Assembly: GCF_018977255.1 (NCBI RefSeq)
Contig: NW_024704743.1
Location: forward strand, 31,932,001 to 31,996,000
DNA: 64,000 nucleotides
Direction: 5' to 3'
Source: Callorhinchus milii
Lineage: Eukaryota
Numbering within the stretch: the stretch's first letter is position 1; each line of letters begins with the position of its first letter. Shown piece after piece: positions 63,790-64,000 of this stretch. The position numbers and the translations under genes are program-made. The notes beneath the pieces are model-generated. The model had not been told where the DNA came from. It did no database searches and saw nothing but the letters and a program-made list of their open reading frames with translations.

Positions 63790-63900
63790 CTAATAATAAT
63801 AATATTAATCCTTATATTTGATATAGTGCCTTTCACATCAGAAGGATTTCACAGGATATATTGTAAAGTGGACTGACTATGTGTGTTTTGCAGGCAAAAG
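63790..63900 (-). mobile_element. SINE 3' tail remnant
   Basis: taataataat...atccttatatttgatatagtgcctttcac. Confidence 0.7.
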
Positions 63901-64000
63901 AAATGAGAAAACAGCCTAAAAAAAATGCAGTAACTTATAAATTACCCTGATTTTAAAAAAAAATTTCGCTTGTAATTTATGGTGTGATTTCCCATAGTAA

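Noticed and set aside
1..64000. CRISPR array or prokaryotic operon
   Set aside because: Eukaryotic non-coding DNA; repeats are dispersed retroelements, not regularly spaced

Overview
Non-coding, repeat-rich vertebrate DNA. The repeat complement points to a cartilaginous fish, probably a holocephalan such as Callorhinchus (inference). It comprises tRNA-Ala-headed SINEs with L2-type tails, SacSINE1/Deu-type SINEs, L2 LINEs ending in (TTG)n, and several CR1 tails. I found no supportable host protein-coding exon, rRNA, true tRNA or CRISPR; every recognisable ORF is a decayed LINE fragment. The window reads as a large intron or gene desert, with repeat-poor islands that resemble developmental enhancers. 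Most notable: (1) at least seven fragments of a third, poly(A)-tailed LINE family (neither L2 nor CR1) with a C-terminal CCHC-type knuckle; (2) a TSD-bounded L2 that keeps a CpG-rich 5' end and the 3' tail but is internally deleted, inserted into a SINE tail; (3) several inverted-repeat/MITE-like elements; (4) SINE subfamilies whose 3' stem-loop tracks that of the L2; (5) a candidate non-coding exon near 63.4 kb. I do not see convincing evidence of a wholly new biological system. Boundaries were read by eye and are approximate unless a junction is quoted.
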